A stretch of DNA of 64,000 bases, taken from Macrostomum lignano. Lineage: Eukaryota. The notes under the pieces are model-generated. The model was given only the letters and a program-made list of their open reading frames with translations. It was not told where the DNA came from and ran no database searches. The translations under genes and the position numbers were made by a program. Location: NCBI GenBank assembly GCA_002269645.1, contig NIVC01002099.1, positions 22,710 through 86,709 on the forward strand, written 5' to 3'. Shown here piece after piece: positions 42,238 through 64,000 of the stretch (positions are counted from its first letter, which is position 1; each line of letters begins with the position of its first letter).

Positions 42238-44132
42238 CACAGATACTATAAACACTAGACAGGCCACTCCAGCCAATTTTCACAACACGACAGTTTACTT
42301 ACTTTCTGCTTAGTAGTAGTAAAAACATTTTAGCGTTATTTATATTTTTTAAAAATAAAAAAACAGATGAATGCAATGCAGCAATTATATTGATTTTATT
42401 TGCAAAAAGAAACTTATAATTATACTTTCCACAATTCAAAGCAACATTGTGAATGCTTTAGATTGCATTGAAGGCTATATTATTGCAGTCAACTATTGTA
42501 TATTTAGCAAATACGAGCTATATCATATACTCCATAATCCATATTCGTGTAGCAAAATAGAAAGATTTCTCATCTTAATCAGCTCATCTGTTTGTGAAAC
42601 TCGCAGCGTGCTGTCGAAGAACAGGGGGTCGCCAGTCGCCCTTGTTCAGAGGCAGCATTCAGCACGGCCCAACAGATTAAAAAAACTGGCGAATGCGCCT
42701 CTTCTAAGTCCAGGGATGTATCCGATGGACAGCCAATCCTCAGTGGTTTCGTAACAGGCAGCCGATAAGCAGCAGGACTTTTGTGGTGCAGCTGCAATGA
42801 GCTGCTGATGAGATGACACCCTTTGACCAGAGCACCCCTGACTGCGAGCGCCCTGCCGCCCAGTCGACCGCTGGAAGCTGCGCTAGCCACGCCTCAAAAG
42901 TCCATGGATGTACGACTGCGCTGCACTTGCCTTGACCATCGAGAGTTGCTGCTGCAGCCGCTTGATTTGCCTGTCGCTTTCGGGATTGCTGCTGCAGCCG
43001 CTTGATTCGCCTGTCACTTTCGGGATCGTTGCTGCAGCCGCTTGATCGTTGCCTCTAGCGCTTGGAACCCGCGAATCGGCTGCAGAGGTGAGAGCTTTCA
43101 GCCGCAACAGCTGTTCTCGGCGCAGAATCTGATAGCCGAAGGTTGCTCTGCCACAGCACTGGCAGCAGGCAAGTCGCAGGCTCGGCTGCAGATAGATTGC
43201 TAATAGGCCCCAGCACTGGAGGGTACATGTCGTCTGCCTCTTCATCGTTTATCAGTCCTTTGCACAGAGCTGGTAGCTGGTCTATTTGAACGAGCCGAGG
43301 CAGCATCAACTCTTGGTGTGGGATTGCGTCCCAGCGAAAACAGATGTCTTGCACATCCGTGGCACTTTGTAAGGCAGCAGTAGGCCTCGTCCATAAAGTG
43401 CAAGCTGAACACACGTAGGCCCCGTGATTTAATTGTTTATAAAGGTCAATATCCACGCTCCTGCAGTAGCTGCTGCCAGCGCTTCGCCAGTGTCATCTTT
43501 TGGTAATTTATGCATTCGCAACGGATTGTTCTTTCTCGGATGTTAATAGCACTAGTACAGAGCTCGTGCAAGTGGGAGCACAGCAGTGGTTCGAATCAAA
43601 ACATTTCTCGAGTACGAGATTAGATAGAAAAGCTAGTATGCACTCGAACTTTCTTTAACTCTGAATCTTGTCCTGTTCATCTATATATAAGCTTGTATTT
43701 AAGCACGATTCGCCACCCCCAAATTTTCTAACCCACAACCTCTAAACCCCCACCCCTAACCCAGGCTAGCTATGTGCAGTCCTTTATTTTCTATCCCACC
43801 ACCAGTGGGCCTAAATTATCGATCCACTCACCCTGCCTTATACGAAACTGATATTAACCCTATTCCAGACTACCCCCCTTCCTCCACTTTGAAAGATAGC
43901 GGCATTGTACACTGTCTGTCGCGTCTTAATGTACACCATTACTGCACAAAACAAGTTAGTTGTTGATGGCGTTAGGTGTCTCAAAACGATGTCTCAAAAA
44001 CAGTCACTTGATTTGTCTAATTTAGCAAATAATACTGTTGCTTCCTTTCATTGCTACTAAGCAGAAAGTAGAATAAAAAACTTGCCCAGAAAATTAGCCT
44101 GAGCGGCCCATCTAGTGTTTATAGTATCTGTG
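42238..44132. mobile_element. Non-autonomous TIR DNA transposon (hAT-like family), 1895 bp, carrying a degenerate PHD-finger/coiled-coil ORF
   Basis: Perfect 22-bp TIR CACAGATACTATAAACACTAGA plus subterminal inverted tactttctgcttagtag. No TSD because the flanks come from different parts of the module. Internal minus-strand IRCEC...KRW / YKQLNHGAYVCSAC. Confidence 0.8.
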
Positions 44133-44630
44133 CACTAATCCAGTTTTCGGATGGAGTCTCTGCCCTGATTCTAATTTTGTACTACATTTATAACACAAGA
44201 ACAGTGTTGCAATAGAATGCACTGCCAACCGAAAAATTTACTGAAGTAGGCTCACCGGCTTGTGGTGCAGCCATAACTCGTGCGGCTCATGTACCGGAAG
44301 GACTTTCCGTGCTATTTAATGTCACGGAATGGTGCGTCTTTAGCGTTCAAGACACAACAGGCGTTGCTTGGGTCAAAACAGTCAAACTGCAATATGCTTT
44401 ATTTTGCTCCGGAACAGAACAGAAGCCTCTCTCCTGCACTGCACTGCTCAGAGAACTCTCTCCCGCGCAAGCACTTCACTGTTCAAATAGATCTGGAGGA
44501 AAAGCCCTTTATATGGCAAGCCACTTGAACGCGGCTGACTCAGCACCCACTTCTCTTTACTGGACACGCATTCGGCTGGTAAAACTGTGCAATAGTAGAG
44601 GAATGAGGGTGAATGTACAGAGGGGGGGGG
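44133..44630 (-). pseudogene. Orphan first-exon/promoter unit of a deleted pseudo-caspase (module 3)
   Basis: Colinear with 18316-18845; retains ATG GCT GCA CCA CAA GCC G|gtgag. Downstream exons are absent. Confidence 0.65.
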
Positions 44631-46052
44631 CAGATTTTTCTCTCAGAGAGATCCTGTTGCTCATACTCGTATTATATACACTATGTAAGAGATTTTGAGT
44701 ACTGTGGGACGTTGGATAAAGCAAGTTCGCCTTTTGTGAACAATGAAGGATACGCGCGTGCAGTTATGCTGATGAGGGTTTTTTTGTAAAAGGTCATTTT
44801 TAGCAAGAAAAATGTGAAATTTGCTAGCAGCACATTTTTCAATCGTACTATGAACAGACTGGGTCATCCTCTCCACTACTCTCAACAGAGTTAGCATCAG
44901 TCTCAAATTCTGAACTATTTACGATTCTCTCTTCCCAATCCACATATTTGCACATACATGTATAACTCCCCAATTTATTTTTAAGTCATAAATTTCTTTA
45001 TTTTCTGGGGGGGGGGTACATTTTGATTTCAGAATTGTCTCGATTTTTTATAGAGACCTCTTCAATTGTTATTCAAAATATGCTGTTTAACTCGTGGAAG
45101 TTGATTGCAAATATTCTCAAGGGTGTCAAAAACATCGAAAGTGTGTCCCGCCTAAGTAATTTTCTGAGGTCATGGGGGTTGTGAATTTTTTTATAGTTAG
45201 TATTGAAAATGTACGAGTCTAGGGCACTTTTTTTACATTTTTTGAGAAATAACAATACTCATATAGTAGTACTATATGTCTCAACACTTTATGCATACCT
45301 CATCGATTACACCATTCAATATTATTCTTTTACTTGTTTTGATACAACTGAAAACGTGTCCGACATTTGTTGCCATTTTAAGTGATTTTTTACTCTGAAA
45401 ATGTCTGATACATCGAAAAGCACTTTTATTTAGTGATTGGAATTTAAGCTTTTTTCTGTGTCATGCGTCATGAGTCATGCGTCATGCGTCAGAGCCGAGT
45501 ATCAAAGTCCTATATATTCGAGTATGGTTGGAATTTAGAGTTTTATATAAAAGGTATAAAAAGTAAAAAAGTTTGGTTTCCGCCACTGACGCTTGAAGGG
45601 GTGCCCAATCGCCCAGCTGACGCCCTGACGCATATTTGGAATCTAAAGTTTTTTTCCACTTCTATTTGCATAGATATTTTAAACTATTTTTCTAGTATGC
45701 TGGGAGTGATGAGGCGTCTGGGGATGCTGGAAGTGATGAGATGAATGGGGATGCTGGGAGTGATACTATGAAGATATAATATTGGTGAACGCCAAGTGAA
45801 TGAGCTGAACAGCTGCGAAGCAGGGTGTGGCTCACAATATTATATCTTCATACTACTCAGCTGTTCCAGACTGCAATTAGAGTTCAGCACACACACGTGT
45901 AAACCTCTGGAACCCATGGCCCACCTCACTGTCGCATGACAATAAGAGTGCAACTGGCCGCTGGGCGGCCCGCCTCGTTGGCCTTAGCCTAAAACGGGGT
46001 TGGTGCACCCACTCCCAAAATTCAGAGGTAATCAAACAACACCCTGCCCCAG

Positions 46053-46235
46053 GGGACGCTTCATAAGACCTAAATTTCATAACGCCTAAGTTTCAAAACG
46101 CCTAAAATCGAAAATGCAGCTCCCTTCACAACGCCTAAATTTCACACCTAAAACTGAATGTGAAGGAGAAAAGCAAAGAATTTAGGAATTTTGAAATTTA
46201 GGCGTTGTGAAATTTAGGTCTCATGAAAGCGTCCC
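46053..46235. mobile_element. MITE (183 bp) with ~38-bp TIRs and ~7-8-bp TSD
   Basis: GGGACGCTTCATAAGACCTAAATTTCATAACGCCTAA...TTAGGCGTTGTGAAATTTAGGTCTCATGAAAGCGTCCC; flanks gccccag / gcccccag. Confidence 0.8.
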
Positions 46236-48051
46236 GCCCCCAGACGCGGTTGTGCCCGGCACTAACAAGCCGACTACAGAATAATATTTTCCGCAAGTTC
46301 AGACCACAAATTCTATATTCCTTGATTTATCACTCCAGCTGCATTGTCTAGGGTTAAATCGATCATTATTCACATTTTTAGGCAGAAAAATACATAATTA
46401 CTACAAACATTGCATTGTTTGCAGTCTCAAGCAGCATAACAATGGATAAATAACGGTGCGAGCCATAGACAAATCGCTGTCACGTGCTGCGACCGCTGAT
46501 TCTTTGCATTGTTTTTCTGTTTGACGATCCTAAAAACAATGCATTGTTTGTAGCAATGTATTGCTCTGCATAAAAAATGCAAATAATGATCGTCAAATTG
46601 CTAAACAATGCCAAGAATCAGCGGTCGCAGCACGTGACAACAACAACTGGGACCGCTGATTATTTATCCATTGGCTAATGTATTTAGCGGCCGTCTCCGA
46701 GGCCTCAAAAACACTGCATGGGGTTCGGTCCACAGACACTTGCTGCTGCTGCTGCTGCGGCAGAGGAGCGGCCATGTAAGTCAGATTCTAATAATGGATG
46801 AATAAAACCATGGATTGCTTGTGTGCCTTTAATTTGGGGGGGGGGGGTGAAATGTTGCAATTTTGAATAAAAATGAGGCAGGGAATGTGTGAAGAGAATT
46901 ACCACTTCAAAATCATTTTCAAGAGCCGTTTTTCTCTGATTTTTACTGGTTCTATTGGCAATCGACCCACGAATAATATCTTCTTCGCGAGGAGCTGTCG
47001 CACAGACACGGCCTAAGGACTACTCAAGTAGGACTAACTCTTGCATAAGTAGTCCTCGAGACGCCCTGCAGATGTTAAATCGTTTGTATTTATGACAGAC
47101 TCTGATGTACTTTACGTAGCACTCGTAGATCAATAGGTATCGGTGAGAGCGCTGCAGGACTGGATTATCGGCCCATTCGAACTGCGGAACCGCACCCGTG
47201 CCGATATTTTCCAGCTCTCACCAGGAGCTTCGCTACCCTGTGCCAAAGTACGAGAATCTTGACTCTTAAAAGGAGCTCACACAAAGTACTTGTTTGATGC
47301 CGGCGCAAATCCTCGATCTGTTTCAGCTTTGCCGAGCCTAATAACCAGTCTGTGCATCTTTGACAGGATGAACTGAAGTTGTGCACGATTCGGCCGAACA
47401 GATTCCAGCTGCATGATTGAGAAATTACCAGCTATGGACTCAATTGACAGCTTCCAATGGTTTACCATGAATCAGCACTGCAGTTTGCAACGGCTTTACC
47501 ACAGACAACTTCCTAAGACAACTTAAGGAATCTTCAGTAGCCAATCGGTGCGAACGGTGCTTCTCGGAGCAAAATTGCACCCCCATATTGAAGGCAGACG
47601 ATCAAATAGCTCCATGCTTGACAAGCGAATTATATGAATTTTTTGTAAATTAGGTAATCGTTTTTTTAAATTAAATAGACCTGCGGAGAACATACTGGCT
47701 GTCAAATACTTCAATAGATTCGAAATTCGACTTCATTTTGCGCACTGCTGCTCCACAAGCTAAGCTACTGGACCTGAACGCTAGCAGCCTTTCGTGCGTG
47801 CGTTTTTGTGCGCAAATCCCAAACGCCATCGTTTTAAAAACAAAAATGCTAAAAATTGTCAACAACCAATGCAAAATTTCTGAATTGCAAAAGCACAGAT
47901 TAGCGGGAGAAAGAGCTGTTTATTTATAAATTATTGCAGCTGCCACCAGAAGGAGAAGGCGGCCAAAGTGCGGCGTGCGCGTCAGGGTTAACAGGAAATG
48001 CTCAAGTGTAAATGTTTGCGCTAGTGCGTGGCCTCAGACAGACAGACTGAT

Positions 48052-48088
<37 letters not shown>

Positions 48089-48139
48089 CAGACAGACAGA
48101 CAGACAGACAGACACAGACAGACAGACAGACAGACAGAC

Positions 48140-48176
<37 letters not shown>

Positions 48177-48201
48177 CAGACAGACAGACAGACAGACAGA
48201 C

Positions 48202-48252
<51 letters not shown>

Positions 48253-48895
48253 CAGACAGACAGACAGAGACGCATCAAGGTCAACAGAAAATGCTTAAGC
48301 GTAAAAAGATACTCGTAGGCCCAGCTCGAGACAAGCAGCTGGCTGGAGATGATTACGGAAAATGGAGCACCGCGGTCAAAATGCATTTGTGATGAAAACT
48401 AACGGCACCGTCATATACTACTCATAGACTGCAGTATGCCTGGATCATGCTGCTCACAGAAGATATCAGCTATCCATCTATCAAATAGCTTGTCAGCATT
48501 GGATAGTGCTGATATATCAACTTGAATTTGACACTTGTATCACTCACTACCTGCATCAGATTGCACCCACGCATGCATACTACTAATACTAGTAGTAAAA
48601 TTTGAATTAAAAAAACAGCAAATAAATAAATAAAGAATCGATTAAAATTTAATTGCGTATTGTGCAAATTTTGCATACAATAAAAAATAAATCAGAGAGG
48701 AAACAAGATCAGAGTGCAAAGAATGCAAAATCATTTTTAATCCTATTTTGACAGCGCATGTACATTGTCGCATTGCAGACGCCAATCAGACTACTTACAC
48801 AGCTGTAGCAGCCAGTAGTAGGAAGCGAATACTGAATCGTGCCGCATGTTTGTCAGTGGAAAGCAGAGATAATTGAAGTTGCTGACAGCAGCGGC

Positions 48896-59486
<10,591 letters not shown>

Positions 59487-59566
59487 TTTGGCAGGCGATT
59501 GAAGATGAGCAGCCCAGGTCTTGTCAGAGATGCCGCAGCATAAGGAGCAACTCGGAGCACCGCTGC

Positions 59567-59850
59567 AAGCTAATGGCGACTCAGCTATGCAAGCTAATGG
59601 CGACTCAGCTAGTGCAAGCTAATGGCGACTCAGCTAGTACAAGCTAATGGCAACTCTACCAATACAAGCTAATGGCAACTCTACCAATACAAGCTAATGG
59701 CAACTCTACCAATACAAGCTAATGGCAACTCTACCAATACAAGCTAATGGCAACTCTACCAATACAAGCTAATGGCAACTCTACCAATACAAGCTAATGG
59801 CAACTCTACCAATACAAGCTAATGGCAACTCTACCAATACAAGCTAATGG
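59567..59850. repeat. 25-bp minisatellite upstream of the POLQ start (caagctaatggcaactctaccaata)
   Basis: Direct inspection. Confidence 0.9.
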
Positions 59851-60267
59851 GCTGACACTTCACCCACTTTGGAAAGCTAAAAACTCCGGACTAAACGCAA
59901 CCCTAAAAAAGCCAAGCAAAGACTGCAGCAATTCTGAAATATTAATAAATAATTATATTTCAAAATACCGCAAAATTTAGCGCTGCAAAAGCAGAAAAGC
60001 ACAACAAGCCATCAGAGCGACGTGTCTGCTAGTAAAAAAAAACTATCGAAGCAGACACGCAGCTTCTGACCTTCCGTTTGGAAAGAAAGCACCTCAGCCA
60101 CCTGAATCTCAACGAATATTAATAAATAACCTTGGGGAAAAACAAAACAGAAAAAAAAGAAAAAATAACAAATGCAAACAAGCTGAACATTGCAGAAACT
60201 GAAGCCCGAAAGCAAAGTAAAACAAACGCTGGTCAAAAATCATGCTGTGCTGAGCTGGTTCAGACTC

Positions 60268-61512
60268 TCAAAAACGACGACCGCTGTCTTTGCGATGCTT
60301 GGCCTGGAGGTCCCGGACAGCCGCGGCTTTGCGGCCGGAGCCTTCTGGACCCGCCTGCTGCTGTCCGCGCCCACGCCGACCCTGGCCGCTCGGTATCGGA
60401 TTGCGGCGAGCGCGGCTCGGGCCGGCAGCCCCCTGCTCCCGATGACCGCGGCCGGGCGTGGCTGGAAGACCCCGGCCCAACGCCTTCAGAGCACGAATAT
60501 GGGCGCCCTTAGCCTTCAGCTCGTCATAGCGATCCAGTTGAGCATGCTTTTTATTGCGACGATCGACCGAAAACAGTCCACGCTTGCGCTGGCTCTTCGG
60601 AGGACGCTTCTTAAGACCACGACGGCCCAACAATGAGTTCTGCCCACGCTCGTGGCGCTTTGTCAAACCAAGCTCACGCTCGAGCTCAAGGCCTGGCGAA
60701 CGACGGTTACGGCTAGTCATCGGCTCAAGCCGCTCGAGCTCAAGGCGGTCGGACGGACGACGGTCTCTGTTAGTCATTGGCTCAAGCCGCTCGAGCTCAA
60801 GGCGGTCGGACGGACGACGGTCTCTGCTAGTCATTGGCTCAAGCCGCTCAAGCTCAAGGAGGCCTGGGAAACGATGGTTACGGCTCGTCATCGGCTCAAA
60901 AGTAGGATTGCGCCAGTTCATCGCAAGTGGCTCCTGCTCACTACGGTCCCGGTGCCTAGTTGCACCGGGTGCGCGCTCATAACGCCCTATCGCTCCAAGT
61001 CCTTGCTCTCGGTGACCTACAGCGCCGAGTCCATGCTCACGGTGACCTAGAGTACCAAATCCATGCTCTCGGTGACCTACAGCGCCGAGTCCATGCTCAC
61101 GGTGACCTATAGCGCCGAGTCCATGCTCACGGTGACCCACAGCGCCGAGTCCATGCTCACGGTGACCTATAGCGCCGAGTCCATGCTCACGGTGACCCAC
61201 AGCGCCGAGTCCATGCTCACGGTGACCCACAGCGCCGAGTCCATGCTCACGGTGACCCACAGCGCCGAGTCCATGCTCACGGTGACCCACAGCGCCGAAT
61301 CCATGCTCACGGTGACCCACAGCGCCGAGTCCACGCTCTCGGTGACCCACAGCGCCGAGTCCACGCTCACGGTGACCCACAGCGCCGAGTCCACGCTCAC
61401 GGTGACCTAGAGTACCAAATGCACGCTGACGGTCTCCCATTGCACCGAACCGATAGTTGTTGCGGCGTTGCGCCATAGCAGCAAAATCTGGCCCATAAAC
61501 AGCCCGATTCAA
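60268..61512 (-). CDS. Hypothetical basic low-complexity protein with 10-aa (GLGAVGHREH) and 19-aa (EPMTSRDRRPSDRLELERL) repeats
   Basis: 414-codon open frame in GC-rich sequence; repeat units of 30 and 57 nt preserve frame; non-repetitive K/R-rich C-terminus. No homology recognised. Confidence 0.35.
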   Translation of the reverse strand: MNRAVYGPDFAAMAQRRNNYRFGAMGDRQRAFGTLGHRERGLGAVGHRERGLGAVGHRERGLGAVGHREHGFGAVGHREHGLGAVGHREHGLGAVGHREHGLGAVGHREHGLGAIGHREHGLGAVGHREHGLGAIGHREHGLGAVGHREHGFGTLGHREHGLGAVGHREQGLGAIGRYERAPGATRHRDRSEQEPLAMNWRNPTFEPMTSRNHRFPGLLELERLEPMTSRDRRPSDRLELERLEPMTNRDRRPSDRLELERLEPMTSRNRRSPGLELERELGLTKRHERGQNSLLGRRGLKKRPPKSQRKRGLFSVDRRNKKHAQLDRYDELKAKGAHIRALKALGRGLPATPGRGHREQGAAGPSRARRNPIPSGQGRRGRGQQQAGPEGSGRKAAAVRDLQAKHRKDSGRRF

Positions 61513-62410
61513 AGGTTATCACCCAGTCAAGACTGCGAATGATGCCGGTCAACTTTTTCTTGTCTAATATACTTTCCTTGTCTCTGCGAGCGAGCATTCT
61601 ATCGACAGCTGACAGCGTCATGCTTTCGTTGAGGCTGCTATCGCTTGACTCGAGGCCGCTCTCGCAGTCACGGCTTATCAGGCTGTCACTGAGCAGCGTT
61701 TCCTGGCCCCGACTGGCAGATGAGCCACGCCAGACTCCGAGTAGCCGCCAAAAGGCGAGGCGAGAGATGGCGGTAGCGGGCTAACGGGCTGCGCTGGCGA
61801 TGCATCGCGTGAGCGGGAAGCTGCAAAAAATTGATGAGCTCTCTGTAATACAACTCCACGTTTAATCAACGCCAACTATAAAACCCTGATCCCGCACACA
61901 AGCTTGGGATTTACAATGCACACAAAAGCCTCTAAAACTACCGACCTTACACAAGCTAGAATTAAAAAATAACTGAACACGAAAGACTGCCGCGATTTTC
62001 ACAAGCTCGCAGATGTACAAATGCAGCTGCGCCACGGGCGAGCTGAAACTCGCGCGGGAATCCCGCGGCGCACTCGCAAATTGATCTGTTCTTCTTCAAG
62101 GGTCTCTTTTTTGAGTCAGCTTTCTTCTCTGCCAAAGACCAACAATTTGGTATTTATTTATTTGCAAATACAGCGCAACACAATGACAAGCAACTGCACA
62201 GAGTAATAAATCATTTTAGCTAGCAAGGTGGCCAAGCCCTTTAAAGCAATTTTCAAATTTAAAACCACCTTTACTACTTTCGAGTAGTTCCCTTCACCCA
62301 GGCCACCCCGCTGCCAGTGCAGGGCCATCGCAGTACCGTACACAGTTGACAACAATTGGAAATGCCAGGCCGCCCATAAAAACCCGGAGACGCGGGGCTC
62401 CCCCCCCCGC

Positions 62411-64000
62411 TCAAGCCTCCTCGTCATCATCGACTTCCTCGTCACCGCTCGCCATTTCCGCGTCGTCGTCACTGCTGCCGCCATCGTCGGGATCGTCGTC
62501 AAGCAGCTCGGGCACAAAGTAGGACAGGCCGTCGTCCAGCACGGTGGAGGTCAGGCGCACCCTGCCGGGGGCTTCGGCGGCGGCCTTGGCCGCAGTCTCG
62601 CTGAGAAGGTCGTCGGTAAGCCGGCCGCCGGCCGCCTTGTCCCAGCAGGCGACGGGCCGCACCCGGAACTCGGCCATCTGGTACTGGCACAGCTTCAGCA
62701 CCTCGCACTGCTCCGGGGTGAGGCGGCGCCGGCAGACCAGATGCGGCCGCTCCAGGTGGATGACACCTTTGACAGGCGCACAGGCAGGCCCAGCTTCCGC
62801 AGCGCGGGCTCCATCGAGTGCTGCCACTGCGGGCAGGCGCCGGGCATCAGTTCAACGCTGTTCACCGCGGCAAAGCCGGACCTGGCGAAGTCGGCGTCGG
62901 TGAGGCCGGCCAGGAGCTCCGACACTGCGGCCAGGCTCCGGTTGGTGAACAGCAGGGCCTTCTGGTTGCGCAGCAGGCGGCTCAGCCGGTGCAGATTCGG
63001 CTGCAGCTCGTCCCGGGCGTCAGGCCAGCGCCTTGGCGATGAGGCGGTCTTGCCTAGCAACAGCTTGCTGTCCTTCAGCTCGCTCCAGCATCTGAGGGGC
63101 GAATTCGGGGTGCAAATTTTGAGACGGATATTTCCAGCGCGGTGAAAACCCTACATAGGCACTAGGCAGTGTGAAATAGGAAAGTGACTTTAAACGACTT
63201 TAAAACGACGCCGATGAAACGACGCTCAAGAGAGTCACTCTGAAGCGTCTTATTGTCTGCGACTCGTTTGCGTACGACGCATTTGCGTCGCTTGATGAAT
63301 TCGAGTCGCATCACTAGCGAAAGTTGAGCGCCAACCACAGATACTAGAAGAATAACAAGATGTGCCAGTCAAGCATATACACTTAGTAAAACAGCTTTCT
63401 ACTTTCAGTTCAGTAGCAAAGAAGAATACATAAGCTATTTTATAAAAACAAAGCCAGCTGAAATGACTTCGATAAGCTTAGAAGCCCAAGCTTGCAGGCG
63501 TAAACAGTAATTGGCTCAGCAATAATGTACATTAGCCAGTCCACTGAAATGTACATAGCAGCTTTAGGCTGGAATTCCAAGAAAGGCAATAAAAATTGGG
63601 GTCCGGGCTGGGGGTGTGGAAAGGCGCGGTTGGAGGGTTAAAGCGGGGGTAAAAGCCAATAAATGAGCATTGCCTTTAAAAATAAATAAAAATGCTTCAG
63701 TTCAACCTACTACTGAGCAAAAAGTAGCTTGCACGCAAATGTGCTGAGCGGCCCCTCTAGTTATTCTAGTATCTTTGGCGACAACACAACAACGATTCTT
63801 GGACAAGTCTTTTGCGACTTTTTTACGATTCTACAACTCACGTGACGCGCTTGTGACGCAACAGTCGCCTCTCCGTCGCATTAGACGCGTTTGAGTAGTC
63901 TGAAAAAAGTCACAAGAGTCGCCCCAGGGTCGCTAGTGCAACAATAGCAAGACACCCGATTCTCACCTGCAGCTTGGAGCTGCGCATGTTGTCAATGCAC
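62411..64000 (-). CDS. MRTO4: mRNA turnover protein 4 homolog (ribosome assembly factor), partial; exons >64000-63967 and 63091-62411, several frameshifts
   Basis: IDNMRSSKLQ, LLLGK, NLHRLS..L...LLFTNR, FARSG, HSMEPALRKLGLP, GVIHL, LTPEQCEVLKL...MAEFRV and an acidic tail match the Mrt4 family. Confidence 0.85.
63336..63777. mobile_element. hAT-like MITE (442 bp), same TIR family as 42238-44132, in an MRTO4 intron
   Basis: Left CACAGATACTAGAAG, right (reverse complement) CAAAGATACTAGAATAACTAGAGGGGCCGCTCAG; flanks gcgccaac / gcgacaac form an 8-bp TSD with one mismatch. Confidence 0.7.

Overview
Eukaryotic (animal) genomic DNA with GC-rich coding exons, AT-rich introns and many micro/minisatellites. 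The style suggests a free-living flatworm such as Macrostomum (inference only). Conserved genes: the 3' kinase exons of DSTYK (+, 4.7-6.9 kb), a complete 10-exon DNA polymerase theta (POLQ; -, 48.9-59.5 kb) and part of MRTO4 (-, 62.4-64 kb). Each has small frame-breaking deletions that look like sequencing/assembly errors. The most interesting part (13.6-44.6 kb, minus strand) is a tandem array of two-gene modules. In each, a catalytically dead caspase-fold gene lies about 0.3-0.45 kb upstream of a caspase that keeps His, Cys and the Asp-binding Arg residues. All four intact proteins have no recognisable CARD/DED/death domain. Instead they share an N-terminal alpha/beta domain that resembles a second, degenerate caspase/flavodoxin-like fold. 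What looks like a dispersed repeat (0-1.9, 16.9-18.9, 29.5-31.3 and 44.1-44.6 kb) is a chain of frame-preserving phase-1 micro-exons that splices into the pseudo-caspases. A third module was broken by a hAT-like TIR element sitting at a deletion junction, and another module is predicted left of the window. The window also holds a solo LTR with an empty-site paralog, MITEs, an RTE-like LINE 3' end and over a dozen tandem arrays.
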